Positions 10,851 through 23,900 of a stretch of 39,022 nt of DNA are shown here, in pieces. The position numbers and the translations under genes were made by a program. The notes under the pieces were generated by a model. That model had not been told where the DNA came from. It was given only the letters and a program-made list of their open reading frames with translations, and made no database searches. The DNA is from Octopus sinensis (lineage: Eukaryota), in NCBI RefSeq assembly GCF_006345805.1, contig NW_021835719.1, positions 1 through 39,022 on the forward strand, given 5' to 3'. The first letter of the stretch is position 1; every line of letters starts with the position of its first letter.

Positions 10851-10980
10851 AAGAGAGAGAGAGAGAGAGAGAGAGAGATACATTGCGCATGCACATACAC
10901 TTGTGTAAATATACATACATACATACATACATATATACACATATTAATATATATTAATATATATATATATGTATATATAT
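10095..10980. repeat. Degenerate (TG)n, (TA)n and (GA)n tract
   Basis: Directly visible. TGTGTAAAATAGTG occurs near 10212 and 10405 (~190-bp local duplication). Confidence 0.9.
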
Positions 10981-10981
10981 A

Positions 10982-12073
10982 TTTGGGCAAAATTCAGAGA
11001 GCTCTTACCTCTGCTGGTGACAAAAGGCCTCTCGCACAGAGTGAAAGGCAGACTGTATGATGCGTGTGTACGAACAGCCATGCTACATGGCAGTGAAACA
11101 TGGGCCGTGACTGCTGAGGATATGAGTAAGCTCGCAAGAAATGAAGCCAGTATGCTCCGATGGATGTGTAAATGCCGGTACTCACACTCGGCAGAGTGTA
11201 AGTACCTTGAGAGAAAAGCTGGACCTAAGAAGCATCAGTTGGTGTGTGCAAGAGAGACGATTGCGCTGGTATGGTCATGTGGCGAGAATGGATGAAGATA
11301 GTTGTGTGAAAAAGTGCCACACCCTAGCGGTTGAGGGAACCTGTGGAAGAGGCAGACCCAGGAAAACCTGGGACGAGGTGGTGAAGCACGACCTTCGAAC
11401 TTTAGGTCTCACTGAGGAAATGACTAGAGACCGAGTCCTCTGGAAGTATGCTGTGCGCGAGAAGACCCGGCAGGACAAGTGAGTCCACAACCCGTGGCCT
11501 TCTACTTGGGATGGATCCACCTACGTATGCATACCTTCCCTTCTTGGGACACAAAACTCTACTTGTCAAGACCTGTTGAGGCAAGTGAGGATCAGAATCG
11601 AAATCAATCAATGGAAATTGCAGATGTGTTACCAGTGCCGGTGGCATGTCGAAACTCTACTTGTGAAGACCCGTTGAGGCAAGTGAGGATCAGAATGGAA
11701 ATCGCTCAATGAAATTGCAGATGTGGTTACCAGTGCCGGTGGCATGTAAGAGAACCTTCCGTTTCGCGACCATTGCCAGCACGCCCCGTTTCGTGTCCGT
11801 TGCTAGCCTCGCCTGGCCCTTGTGCCGGTGGCACATAAAATGCACCATCCGTTCGTGGCTGTTTGCCAGCTCTGTCTGGCACCTGTGCGGGTGGCACGTA
11901 AAAAGCACCCACTACACTCACGGAGTGGTTGGCGTTAGGAGGGCATCCAGCCGTAGAAACAAACTGCCAGATTTGACTGGGCCTGATGAAGCCTTCTGGC
12001 TTCACAGACCCCAGTAGAACCGTCCAACCCATGCTAGCATGGAAAACGGACGCTAAACGACGATGATGATGAT
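10982..12073 (+). mobile_element. 5'-truncated RTE-clade LINE: ORF2 C-terminus, long 3' UTR and (GAT)n tail
   Basis: WAKFRELLPLL...KGRLYDACVRTAMLHGSETW...RRLRWYGHVARM...GRGRPRKTW...RDRVLWK, with one frameshift near 11170 and a stop at 11480-11482. The UTR has a 98-bp direct duplication (11554 and 11652). Flanked by (TA)n. Confidence 0.92.
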
Positions 12074-12312
12074 ATATGTATGTATATGTATGTATGTATA
12101 TATATATACATACCTGTGGATATAACTATACGCACACACACATTATATATAAATATGCATATATATATATATATATATACATACATATGCATATATATAT
12201 ACGTTATATGTTGCAATATGTGTGTATATATACATATGTATGTGTGTATGGATATATATATATGTATGTTTATGTGTATATATGTATACATATATGTGTG
12301 TGTGTATATAAA

Positions 12313-12363
<51 letters not shown>

Positions 12364-12368
12364 CATTG

Positions 12369-12406
<38 letters not shown>

Positions 12407-12763
12407 GTGTGTGTGTATGTATGTCTGTATCTGCATGGAGGTACTGTTTTGATGAGACAGAAGAGGGAGATATAATGGATGGAGAGAGGGTCGGGGTGGC
12501 TGGGCGGAGTGGAGGGTGTGCAGTTGATTTGTGGGGTAGAAAGGGTGGATTGTGAGGGTAGGAGTTTGGACATGTCTCATAAATTTCGCATGGAATATTC
12601 CGGAGAAACTAGAAAACATAAACAATAGACACACACACATATAAACACACATATAAACACATACTGAACACTATATATATACATACATACAAATATATAC
12701 ACTTTACATACCTATATATAACATATATATTATATATATAATATATATATATATAAATACACA

Positions 12764-12809
<46 letters not shown>

Positions 12810-13647
12810 CACACACAAACACATATATATCACTTACATTATACACACAAATTTCTTTCCACACATACATTGTTTTTCTTATGCCAATTATATTAATATA
12901 AATCATATAAATTATATATACCTAATTTCAAGTGTGTATATATGCGTGTATATATATATGTGTTTGTGTGTGTATAAACACAAATATATTTATATATATG
13001 TGTGTGTGAGTGCGTGTGTATATGTGTGTCTGCATATCTATATATGTATGTATATATATATGCACACATATATATACATATCTTTTTAATTTTATATACA
13101 CCTTCAATATTGATATAAAGTATGAATATGCATTTCCATAAAAATATATATAATTTTTCATAAGTATATGTTTGTGTGTGTATATATATAATTACATGTT
13201 CATCTATACATTTCTACACACACACACATACATGTGTGTATATATATATATATGTGCACATACATACACATACATATATATATGTATGTATATATATGCA
13301 AGTATATGTGTCTACATATATGTTTGTGTGTGTGTCTATATATATACTATATATACACATACACATGTATTCATACATGCATATACACAAATATAGGAAG
13401 ATATAAAGATACATACAAATACATGCACATTTACACACACACACACACATATAAATACAGACGCATATATTTCTATACTCACAAACACATGCACATATAT
13501 ACAACATACATACACACACACACATATATACATACATACACATATATACATACATATACATACATACATATATATACATATACATATATATATATATATA
13601 CATACATACATATATATATATATATACATACATACATATACATACAC

Positions 13648-13678
<31 letters not shown>

Positions 13679-13907
13679 CATACATACATATACATACATA
13701 CATACACATACATACCTACACATCATACATACACATACATACATATACATACATACATACACATAATACATACCATACATACATACATACATATACATAT
13801 ATATATATAATATATATATATATATTATATATACATACATATATAACATACATATATATACATACATATACATACATACATATACATACATACATACATA
13901 TATATAT
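12074..13907. repeat. (TA)n/(CA)n/(TACA)n/(GA)n microsatellite-dominated region
   Basis: Directly visible, with short unique interruptions. Confidence 0.85.
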
Positions 13908-14170
13908 CATCATCATCATCATCATCGTTTAACGTCCGCTTTCCGCGCTAGCACGGGTTGGACGGTTTGAACCGGGTCTGGGAGCCAGGGGCCGCACCAG
14001 GCTCCAGTCTGAATCTGGCAGAGTTTCTACGGCTGGATGCCCTTCCTAACGCCACCACTCCGTGAGTGGATTGGGTGCTTTTTACGTGCCACCTGCACAG
14101 GGCCGGAGGGTCCGGCATCGTCACGATCGGTTCGAGCATTTTAACGTGTCGCGGCACATGGGCAACGAGG
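13908..14170 (-). mobile_element. RTE-type 3' tail with (GAT)n end, forming the 3' end of the array-bearing composite
   Basis: GGTGGCACGTAAAAAGCACCC...GGCGTTAGGAAGGGCATCCAGCCGTAGAAAC...GGACGTTAAAC(GAT)n, homologous to 11890-12073. Confidence 0.88.
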
Positions 14171-14966
14171 TCCGGGGTACTTTGGGATCCAGGGTACTTT
14201 GGGGATCCGGGGTACTTAGAATGATAGGGGTATGTGGAATTGCTGCAGAAAGCAGCCCGGGTCTTTGTAGTCACAGCATTTCATCACTGAGTAACGTAAT
14301 TAGGTAGAGGAAAGAAATACAGATATTCTAGAGTTGAGTTGGGAGGGGGAGGCCAGTTGAGGCGGGTAATATAGGAGGGCAACCAGTGGGGAAGGTTGGG
14401 GTAAGGAGGACGATGGCAGGAAGGGTTGGTGTAGGTTCCTAAGAAATAAAGACATTCGTTATCGTCACTGAGTAACGTTATTAGGTAGAGGAAAGAATAC
14501 AGATATTCGAGAGTTGAGTTGGGAGAGGGGGGGTCCAGTTGAGGCGGGTAATATAGGGGAGCAACCAGTGGGGAAGGTTGGGGTAAGGAGGAACGATGGC
14601 AGGAAGGGTTGGTGTAGGTTCCTAAGAAATAAAAAACAAGGATATTACGAGGCGGGAGGGTGCTAAAGGGGATAGTCGGAATGAGGCAGTGTCAGGAGGA
14701 AGCATAAGATCGGTGGCAGTTGATGAGCTATGGCGCTAGCAGCTTGTCTTTTACAGTGAAAGCATATGAGGAGAAGGGGTAGTGGGGGGAGGGGAGGGAG
14801 TAGAGCGTACCCGTGTAGATGAGTAAGGCGTATCCGGTGTAGATGGTGAGGACAAGGTATACTGGTATTGGTGGTGGGAGGTGAGGAACAGTGTTCACCG
14901 GTATTGGTGGTGGGGGTGAGAACAGTGTTCATCGGTATTGGTGTGGTGGGGTGTGGGGGCGTGGCC
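14171..14966 (-). other. G-rich (plus strand) body joining the RTE tail to the tandem array, with internal tandem repeats
   Basis: 3 x ~18 bp (14171-14218), 2 x 181 bp (starts at 14284 and 14465) and 3 x ~31 bp (14865-14945). No microsatellite or TSD breaks it from the tail or the array. Confidence 0.65.
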
Positions 14967-17900
14967 ACCGCCAATGGCTGAGATGAGAGAATGGGGAAGA
15001 GATGGGAAGAGATAGGATTACGGCTAGGTGGCGTTGGGTAGCCTGGCCTAAGGTTAAATTTTGTAGAGAGAGAGATAGAACGATAAATCAAGTTATGGCG
15101 AAGGCTTGAAAGTAGCCTAAAAGGTTAAATTTTCGTAACAATGTATGAAGAAAGTAGTACAACGAATAAATAGTAAGATAAATTTTTAAGAACTTGCTGC
15201 GGACATCGAACGGGAGTTGAAATTGAATTGGGAATTTAAATTATAGAATCGTAATGGTGAGAGGAGGAAAAAAGACCGCCAATGGCTGAAAGATGAGAAG
15301 AGATGGGAAGAGATGGGAAGAGATAGGATTACGGCTTGAGGTAGCCTGGCCTAAGGTTAAATTTTGTAGAGAGAGAGATAGAACGATAAATCAAGTTATG
15401 GCGAAGGCTTGAAAGTAGCCTAAAAAGGTTAAATTTTCGTAACAATGTATGAAGAAACGTAGTAACAACGAATAAAATAGTAAGATAAATTTTTAAGAAC
15501 TTGCTGCGGACATCGAACGGGAGTTGAAATTGAATTGGGAATTTAAATTATAGAATCGTAATGGTGAGAGGAGGAAAAAAGACCGCCAATGGCTGAAAGA
15601 TGAGAAGAGATGGGAAGAGATGGGAAGAGATAGGATTACGGCTTGAGGTAGCCTGCCTAAGGTTAAATTTTGTAGAGAGAGAGATAGAACGATAAATCAA
15701 GTTATGGCGAAGGCTTGAAAGTAGCCTAAAAGGTTAAATTTTCGTAACAATGTATGAAGAAACGTAGTAACAACGAATAAAATAGTAAGATAATTTTTAA
15801 GAACTTGCTGCGGACATCGAACGGGAGTTGAAATTGAATTGGGAATTTAAATATAGAATCGTAATGGTGAGAGGAGGAAAAAAGACCGCCAATGGCTGAA
15901 AGATGGAAGAGATGGGAAGAGATAGGATTACGGCTTGAGGTAGCCTGGCCTAAGGTTAAATTTTGTAGAGAGAGAGATAGAACGATAAATCAAGTTATGG
16001 CGAAGGCTTGAAAGTAGCCTAAAAGGTTAATTTTTCGTAACAATGTATGAAGAAACGTAGTAACAACGAATAAAATAGTAAGATAAATTTTTTAAGAACT
16101 TGCTGCGGACATCGAACGGGAGTTGAAATTGAATTGGGAATTTAAATTATAGAATCGTAATGGTGAGAGGAGGAAAAAGACCGCCAATGGCTGAAAGATG
16201 AGAAGAGATGGGAAGAGATGGGAAGAGATAGGATTACGGCTTGAGGTAGCCTGGCCTAAGGTTAAATTTTGTAGAGAGAGATAGAACGATAAATCAAGTT
16301 ATGGCGAAGGCTTGAAAGTAGCCTAAAAGGTTAATTTTCGTAACAATGTATGAAGAAACGTAGTAACAACGAATAAAATAGTAAGATAAATTTTTAAGAA
16401 CTTGCTGCGGACATCGAACGGGAGTTGAAATTGAATTGGGAATTTAAATTATAGAATCGTAATGGTGAGAGGAGGAAAAAAACCGCCAATGGCTGAAAGA
16501 TGAGAAGAGATGGGAAGAGATGGAAGAGATAGGATTACGGCTTGAGGTAGCCTGGCCTAAGGTTAATTTTGTAGAGAGAGAGATAGAACGATAAATCAAG
16601 TTATGCGAAGGCTTGAAAGTAGCCTAAAAGGTTAAATTTTCGTAACAATGTATGAAGAAACGTAGTAACAACGAATAAAATAGTAAGATAAATTTTTTAA
16701 GAACTTGCTGCGGACATCGAACGGGAGTTGAAATTGAATTGGGAATTTAAATTATAGAATCGTAATGGTGAGAGGAGGAAAAAGACCGCCAATGGCTGAA
16801 AGATGGAAGAGATGGGAAGAGATAGGATTACGGCTTGAGGTAGCCTGGCCTAAGGTTAATTTTGTAGAGAGAGAGATAGAACGATAAATCAAGTTATGGC
16901 GAAGGCTTGAAAGTAGCCTAAAAGGTTAAATTTTCGTAACAATGTATGAAGAAACGTAGTAACAACGAATAAAATAGTAAGATAAATTTTTAAGAACTTG
17001 CTGCGGACATCGAACGGGAGTTGAAATTGAATTGGGAATTTAAATTATAGAATCGTAATGGTGAGAGGAGGAAAAAGACCGCCAATGGCTGAAAGATGAG
17101 AAGAGATGGGAAAGATGGGAAGAGATAGGATTACGGCTTGAGGTAGCCTGGCCTAAGGTTAAATTTTGTAGAGAGAGAGATAGAACGATAATCAAGTTAT
17201 GGCGAAGGCTTGAAAGTAGCCTAAAAGGTTAAATTTTCGTAACAATGTATGAAGAAACGTAGTAACAACGAATAAAATAGTAAGATAAATTTTTAAGAAC
17301 TTGCTGCGGACATCGAACGGGAGTTGAAATTGAATTGGGAATTTAAATTATAGAATCGTAATGGTGAGAGGAGGAAAAAGAAACCGCCAATGGCTGAAAG
17401 ATGAGAAGAGATGGGAAGAGATGGGAAGAGATAGGATTACGGCTTGAGGTAGCCTGGCCTAAGGTTAAATTTTGTAGAGAGGAGATAGAACGATAAATCA
17501 AGTTATGGCGAAGGCTTGAAAGTAGCCTAAAAGGTTAAATTTCGTAACAATGTATGAAGAAACGTAGTAACAACGAATAAAATAGTAAGATAAATTTTTA
17601 AGAACTTGCTGCGGACATCGAACGGGAGTTGAAATTGAATTGGGAATTTAAATTATAGAATCGTAATGGTGAGAGGAGGAAAAAAGACCCGCCAATGGCT
17701 GAAAGATGAGAAGAGATGGGAAGATTATGGATTACGGCTTGAGGTAGCCTGGCCTAAGGTTAAATTTTGTAGAGAGAGAGATAGAACGATAAATCAAGTT
17801 ATGGCGAAGGCTTGAAAGTAGCCTAAAAGGTTAAATTTTCGTAACAATGTATAAGAAGAACGTAGTAACAACGAATAAAATAGTAAGATAAATTTTTAAG

Positions 17901-20900
17901 AACTTGCTGCGGACATCGAACGGGAGTTGAAATTGAATTGGGAATTTAAATTATAGAATCGTAATGGTGAGAGGAGGAAAAAGACCGCCAATGGCTGAAA
18001 GATGAGAAGAGATGGGAAGAGATGGGAAGAGATAGGATTACGGCTTGAGGTAGCCTGGCCTAAGGTTAAATTTGTAGAGAGAGAGATAGAACGATAAATC
18101 AAGTTATGGCGAAGGCTTGAAAGTAGCCTAAAAGGTTAAATTTTCGTAACAATGTATGAAGAAACGTAGTAACAACGAATAAAATAGTAAGATAAATTTT
18201 TAAGAACTTGCTGCGGACATCGAACGGGAGTTGAAATTGAATTGGGAATTTAAATTATAGAATCGTAATGGTGAGAGGAGGAAAAAAGACCGCCAATGGC
18301 TGAAAGATGAGAAGAGATGGGAAGAGATGGGAAGAGATAGGATTACGGCTTGAGGTAGCCTGGCCTAAGGTTAAATTTTGTAGAGAGAGAGATAGAACGA
18401 TAAATCAAGTTATGGCGAAGGCTTGAAAGTAGCCTAAAAGGTTAAATTTTCGTAACAATGTATGAAGAAACGTAGTAACAACGAATAAAATAGTAAGATA
18501 AATTTTTAAGAACTTGCTGCGGACATCGAACGGGAGTTGAAATTGAATTGGGAATTTAAATTATAGAATCGTAATGGTGAGAGGAGGAAAAAAGACCGCC
18601 AATGGCTGAAGATGAGAAGAGATGGGAAGAGATAGGATTACGGCTTGAGGTAGCCTGGCCTAAGGTTAAATTTTGTAGAGAGAGAGATAGAACGATAAAT
18701 CAAGTTATGGCGAAGGCTTGAAAGTAGCCTAAAAGGTTAAATTTTCGTAACAATGTATGAAGAAACGTAGTAACAACGAATAAAATAGTAAGATAAATTT
18801 TTAAGAACTTGCTGCGGACATCGAACGGGAGTTGAAATTGAATTGGGAATTTAAATTATAGAATCGTAATGGTGAGAGGAGGAAAAAAGACCGCCAATGG
18901 CTGAAAGATGAGAAGATGGGAAGAGATGGGAAGAGATAGGATTACGGCTTGAGGTAGCCTGGCCTAAGGTTAAATTTTGTAGAGAGAGAGATAGAACGAT
19001 AAATCAAGTTATGGCGAAGGCTTGAAAGTAGCCTAAAAGGTTAAATTTTCGTAACAATGTATGAAGAAACGTAGTAACAACGAATAAAATAGTAAGATAA
19101 ATTTTTAAGAACTTGCTGCGGACATCGAACGGGAGTTGAAATTGAATTGGGAATTTAAATTATAGAATCGTAATGGTGAGAGGAGGAAAAAGACCGCCAA
19201 TGGCTGAAGATGAGAAGAGATGGGAAGAGATGGGAAGAGATAGGATTACGGCTTGAGGTAGCCTGGCCTAAGGTTAAATTTTGTAGAGAGAGAGATAGAA
19301 AGATAAATCAAGTTATGGCGAAGGCTTGAAAGTAGCCTAAAATTTAAATTTTCGTAACAATGTATGAAGAAACGTAGTAACAACGAATAAAATAGTAAGA
19401 TAAATTTTAAGAACTTGCTGCGGACATCGAACGGGAGTTGAAATTGAATTGGGAATTTAAATTATAGAATCGTAATGGTGAGAGGAGGAAAAAAGACCGC
19501 CAATGGCTGAAAGATGAGAGAGATGGGAAGAGATGGGAAGAGATAGGATTACGGCTTGAGGTAGCCTGGCCTAAGGTTAAATTTTGTAGAGAGAGAGATA
19601 GAACGATAAATCAAGTTATGGCGAAGGCTTGAAAGTAGCCTAAAAGGTTAAATTTTCGTAACAATGTATGAAGAAACGTAGTAACAACGAATAAAATAGT
19701 AAGATAAATTTTTAAGAACTTGCTGCGGACATCGAACGGGAGTTGAAATTGAATTGGGAATTTAAATTATAGAATCGTAATGGTGAGAGGAGGAAAAAAG
19801 ACCGCCAATGGCTGAAAGATGAGAAGAGATGGGAAAGATGGGAAGAGATAGGATTACGGCTTGAGGTAGCCTGGCCTAAGGTTAAATTTTAGAGAGAGAG
19901 ATAGAAGATAAATCAAGTTATGGCGAAGGCTTGAAAGTAGCCTAAAAGGTTAAATTTTCGTAACAATGTATGAAGAAAACGTAGTAACAACGAATAAAAT
20001 AGTAAATATAATTTTTAAGAACTTGCTGCGGACATCGAACGGGAGTTGAAATTGAATTGGGAATTTAAATTATAGAATCGTAATGGTGAGAGGAGGAAAA
20101 AGACCGCCAATGGCTGAAAGATGAGAAAGATGGGAAAGATGGGAAGAGATAGGATTACGGCTTGAGGTAGCCTGGCCTAAGGTAAATTTTGTAGAGAGAG
20201 AGATAGAACGATAAATCAAGTTATGGCGAAGGCTTGAAAGTAGCCTAAAAGGTTAAATTTTCGTAACAATGTATGAAGAAACGTAGTAACAACGAATAAA
20301 ATAGTAAGATAAATTTTTAAGAACTTGCTGCGGACATCGAACGGGAGTTGAAATTGAATTGGGAATTTAAATTATAGAATCGTAATGGTGAGAGGAGGAA
20401 AAAGACCGCCAATGGCTGAAAGATGAGAAGAGATGGGAAGAGATAGATTACGGCTTGAGGTAGCCTGGCCTAAGGTTAAATTTTGTAGAGAGAGAGATAG
20501 AACGATAAATCAAGTTATGGCGAAGGCTTGAAAGTAGCCTAAAAGGTTAAATTTTCGTAACAATGTATGAAGAAACGTAGTAACAACGAATAAAATAGTA
20601 AGATAAATTTTTAAGAACTTGCTGCGGACATCGAACGGGAGTTGAAATTGAATTGGGAATTTAAATTATAGAATCGTAATGGTGAGAGGAGGAAAAAAGA
20701 CCGCCAATGGCTGAAGATGAGAAGAGATGGGAGAGATGGGAAGAGATAGGATTACGGCTTGAGGTAGCCTGGCCTAAGGTTAAATTTTGTAGAGAGAGAG
20801 ATAGAAAGATAAATCAAGTTATGGCGAAGGCTTGAAAGTAGCCTAAAAGGTTAAATTTTCGTAACAATGTATGAAGAAACGTAGTAACAACGAATAAAAT

Positions 20901-23900
20901 AGTAAGATAAATTTTTAAGAACTTGCTGCGGACATCGAACGGAGTTGAAATTGAATTGGGAATTTAAATTATAGAATCGTAATGGTGAGAGGAGGAAAAA
21001 AGACCCGCCAATGGCTGAAAGATGAGAAGAGATGGGAAGAGATGGGAAGAGATAGGATTACGGCTTGAGGTAGCCTGGCCTAAGGTTAAATTTTGTAGAG
21101 AGAGAGATAGAACGATAAATCAAGTTATGGCGAAGGCTTGAAAGTAGCCTAAAAGGTTAAATTTTCGTAACAATGTATGAAGAAACGTAGTAACAACGAA
21201 TAAAATAGTAAGATAAATTTTTAAGAACTTGCTGCGGACATCGAACGGGAGTTGAAATTGAATTGGGAATTTAAATTATAGAATCGTAATGGTGAGAGGA
21301 GGAAAAAAGACCGCCAATGGCTGAAAGATGAGAAGAGATGGGAAGAGATAGGATTACGGCTTGAGGTAGCCTGGCCTAAGGTTAAATTTTGTAGAGAGAG
21401 AGATAGAACGATAAATCAAGTTATGGCGAAGGCTTGAAAGTAGCCTAAAAGGTTAAATTTTCGTAACAATGTATGAAGAAACGTAGTAACAACGAATAAA
21501 ATAGTAAGATAAATTTTTAAGAACTTGCTGCGGACATCGAACGGGAGTTGAAATTGAATTGGGAATTTAAATTATAGAATCGTAATGGTGAGAGGAGGAA
21601 AAAAGACCGCAATGGCTGAAAGATGAGAGAGATGGGAAGAGATGGGAAAGAGATAGGATTACGGCTTGAGGTAGCCTGGCCTAAGGTTAAATTTTGTAGA
21701 GAGAGAGATAGAACGATAAATCAAGTTATGGCGAAGGCTTGAAAGTAGCCTAAAAGGTTAAATTTTCGTAACAATGTATGAAGAAACGTAGTAACAACGA
21801 ATAAAATAGTAAGATAAATTTTTAAGAACTTGCTGCGGACATCGAACGGGAGTTGAAATTGAATTGGGAATTTAAATTATAGAATCGTAATGGTGAGAGG
21901 AGGAAAAAGACCGCCAATGGCTGAAAGATGGAAGAGATGGGAAGAGATGGGAAGAGATAGGATTACGGCTTGAGGTAGCCTGGCCTAAGGTTAAATTTTG
22001 TAGAGAGAGAGATAGAACGATAATCAAGTTATGGCGAAGGCTTGAAAGTAGCCTAAAAGGTTAAATTTTCGTAACAATGTATGAAGAAACGTAGTAACAA
22101 CGAATAAAATAGTAAGATAAATTTTTAAGAACTTGCTGCGGACATCGAACGGGAGTTGAAATTGAATTGGGAATTTAAATTATAGAATCGTAATGGTGAG
22201 AGGAGGAAAAAAGACCGCCAATGGCTGAAAGATGAGAAGAGATGGGAAGAGATAGGATTACGGCTTGAGGTAGCCTGGCCTAAGGTTAAATTTTGTAGAG
22301 AGAGAGATAGAACGATAAATCAAGTTATGGCGAAGGCTTGAAAGTAGCCTAAAAAGGTTAAATTTTCGTAACAATGTATGAAGAAACGTAGTAACAACGA
22401 ATAAAATAGTAAGATAAATTTTTTTAAGAACTTGCTGCGGACATCGAACGGGAGTTGAAATTGAATTGGGAATTTAAATTATAGAATCGTAATGGTGAGA
22501 GGAGAAAAAACCGCCAATGGCTGAAAGATGAAAGAGATGGGAAAGATGGGAAGAGATAGGATTACGGCTTGAGGTAGCCTGGCCTAAGGTTAAATTTTGT
22601 AGAGAGAGAGATAGAAAGATAAATCAAGTTATGGCGAAGGCTTGAAAGTAGCCTAAAAAGGTTAAATTTTCGTAACAATGTATGAAGAAACGTAGTAACA
22701 ACGAATAAAATAGTAATATAATTTTTAAGAACTTGCTGCGGACATCGAACGGGAGTTGAAATTGAATTGGGAATTTAAATTATAGAATCGTAATGGTGAG
22801 AGGAGGAAAAAAGACCGCCAATGGCTGAAAGATGAGAAGAGATGGGAAGAGATGGGAAGAGATAGGATTACGGCTTGAGGTAGCCTGGCCTAAGGTTAAA
22901 TTTTGTAGAGAGAGAGATAGAACGATAAATCAAGTTATGGCGAAGGCTTGAAAGTAGCCTAAAAGGTTAAATTTTCGTAACAATGTATGAAGAAACGTAG
23001 TAACAACGAATAAAATAGTAAGATAAATTTTTAAGAACTTGCTGCGGACATCGAACGGGAGTTGAAATTGAATTGGGAATTTAAATTATAGAATCGTAAT
23101 GGTGAGAGGAGGAAAAAAGACCGCCAATGGCTGAAAGATGAGAGAGATGGGAAGAGATGGGAAGAGATAGGATTACGGCTTGAGGTAGCCTGGCCTAAGG
23201 TTAAATTTTGTAGAGAGAGAGATAGAACGATAAATCAAGTTATGGCGAAGGCTTGAAAGTAGCCTAAAAGGTTAAATTTTCGTAACAATGTATGAAGAAA
23301 CGTAGTAACAACGAATAAAATAGTAAGATAAATTTTTAAGAACTTGCTGCGGACATCGAACGGGAGTTGAAATTGAATTGGGAATTTAAATTATAGAATC
23401 GTAATGGTGAGAGGAGAAAAAAGACCGCCAATGGCTGAAAGATGAGAAGAGATGGGAAGAGATGGGAAGAGATAGGATTACGGCTTGAGGTAGCCTGGCC
23501 TAAGGTTAAATTTTGTAGAGAGAGAGATAGAACGATAAATCAAGTTATGGCGAAGGCTTGAAAGTAGCCTAAAAGGTTAAATTTTCGTAACAATGTATGA
23601 AGAAACGTAGTAACAACGAATAAAATAGTAAGATAAATTTTTAAGAACTTGCTGCTGGGACATCGAACGGGAGTTGAAATTGAATTGGGAATTTAAATTA
23701 TAGAATCGTAATGGTGAGAGGAGGAAAAAGACCGCCAATGGCTGAAAGATGAGAAGAGATGGGAGAGATGGGAGAGATAGGATTACGGCTTGAGGTAGCC
23801 TGGCCTAAGGTTAAATTTTGTAGAGAGAGAGATAGAACGATAAATCAAGTTATGGCGAAGGCTTGAAAGTAGCCTAAAAGGTTAAATTTTCGTAACAATG

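Noticed and set aside
14284-14691. ~135-codon stop-free frame on the minus strand of the composite body (…LGTYTNPSCHRPPYPNLPHWLPSY…)
   Set aside because: No ATG, it spans a 181-bp duplication whose copies fall out of frame, and a C-rich strand is depleted of stop codons. No recognisable domain.
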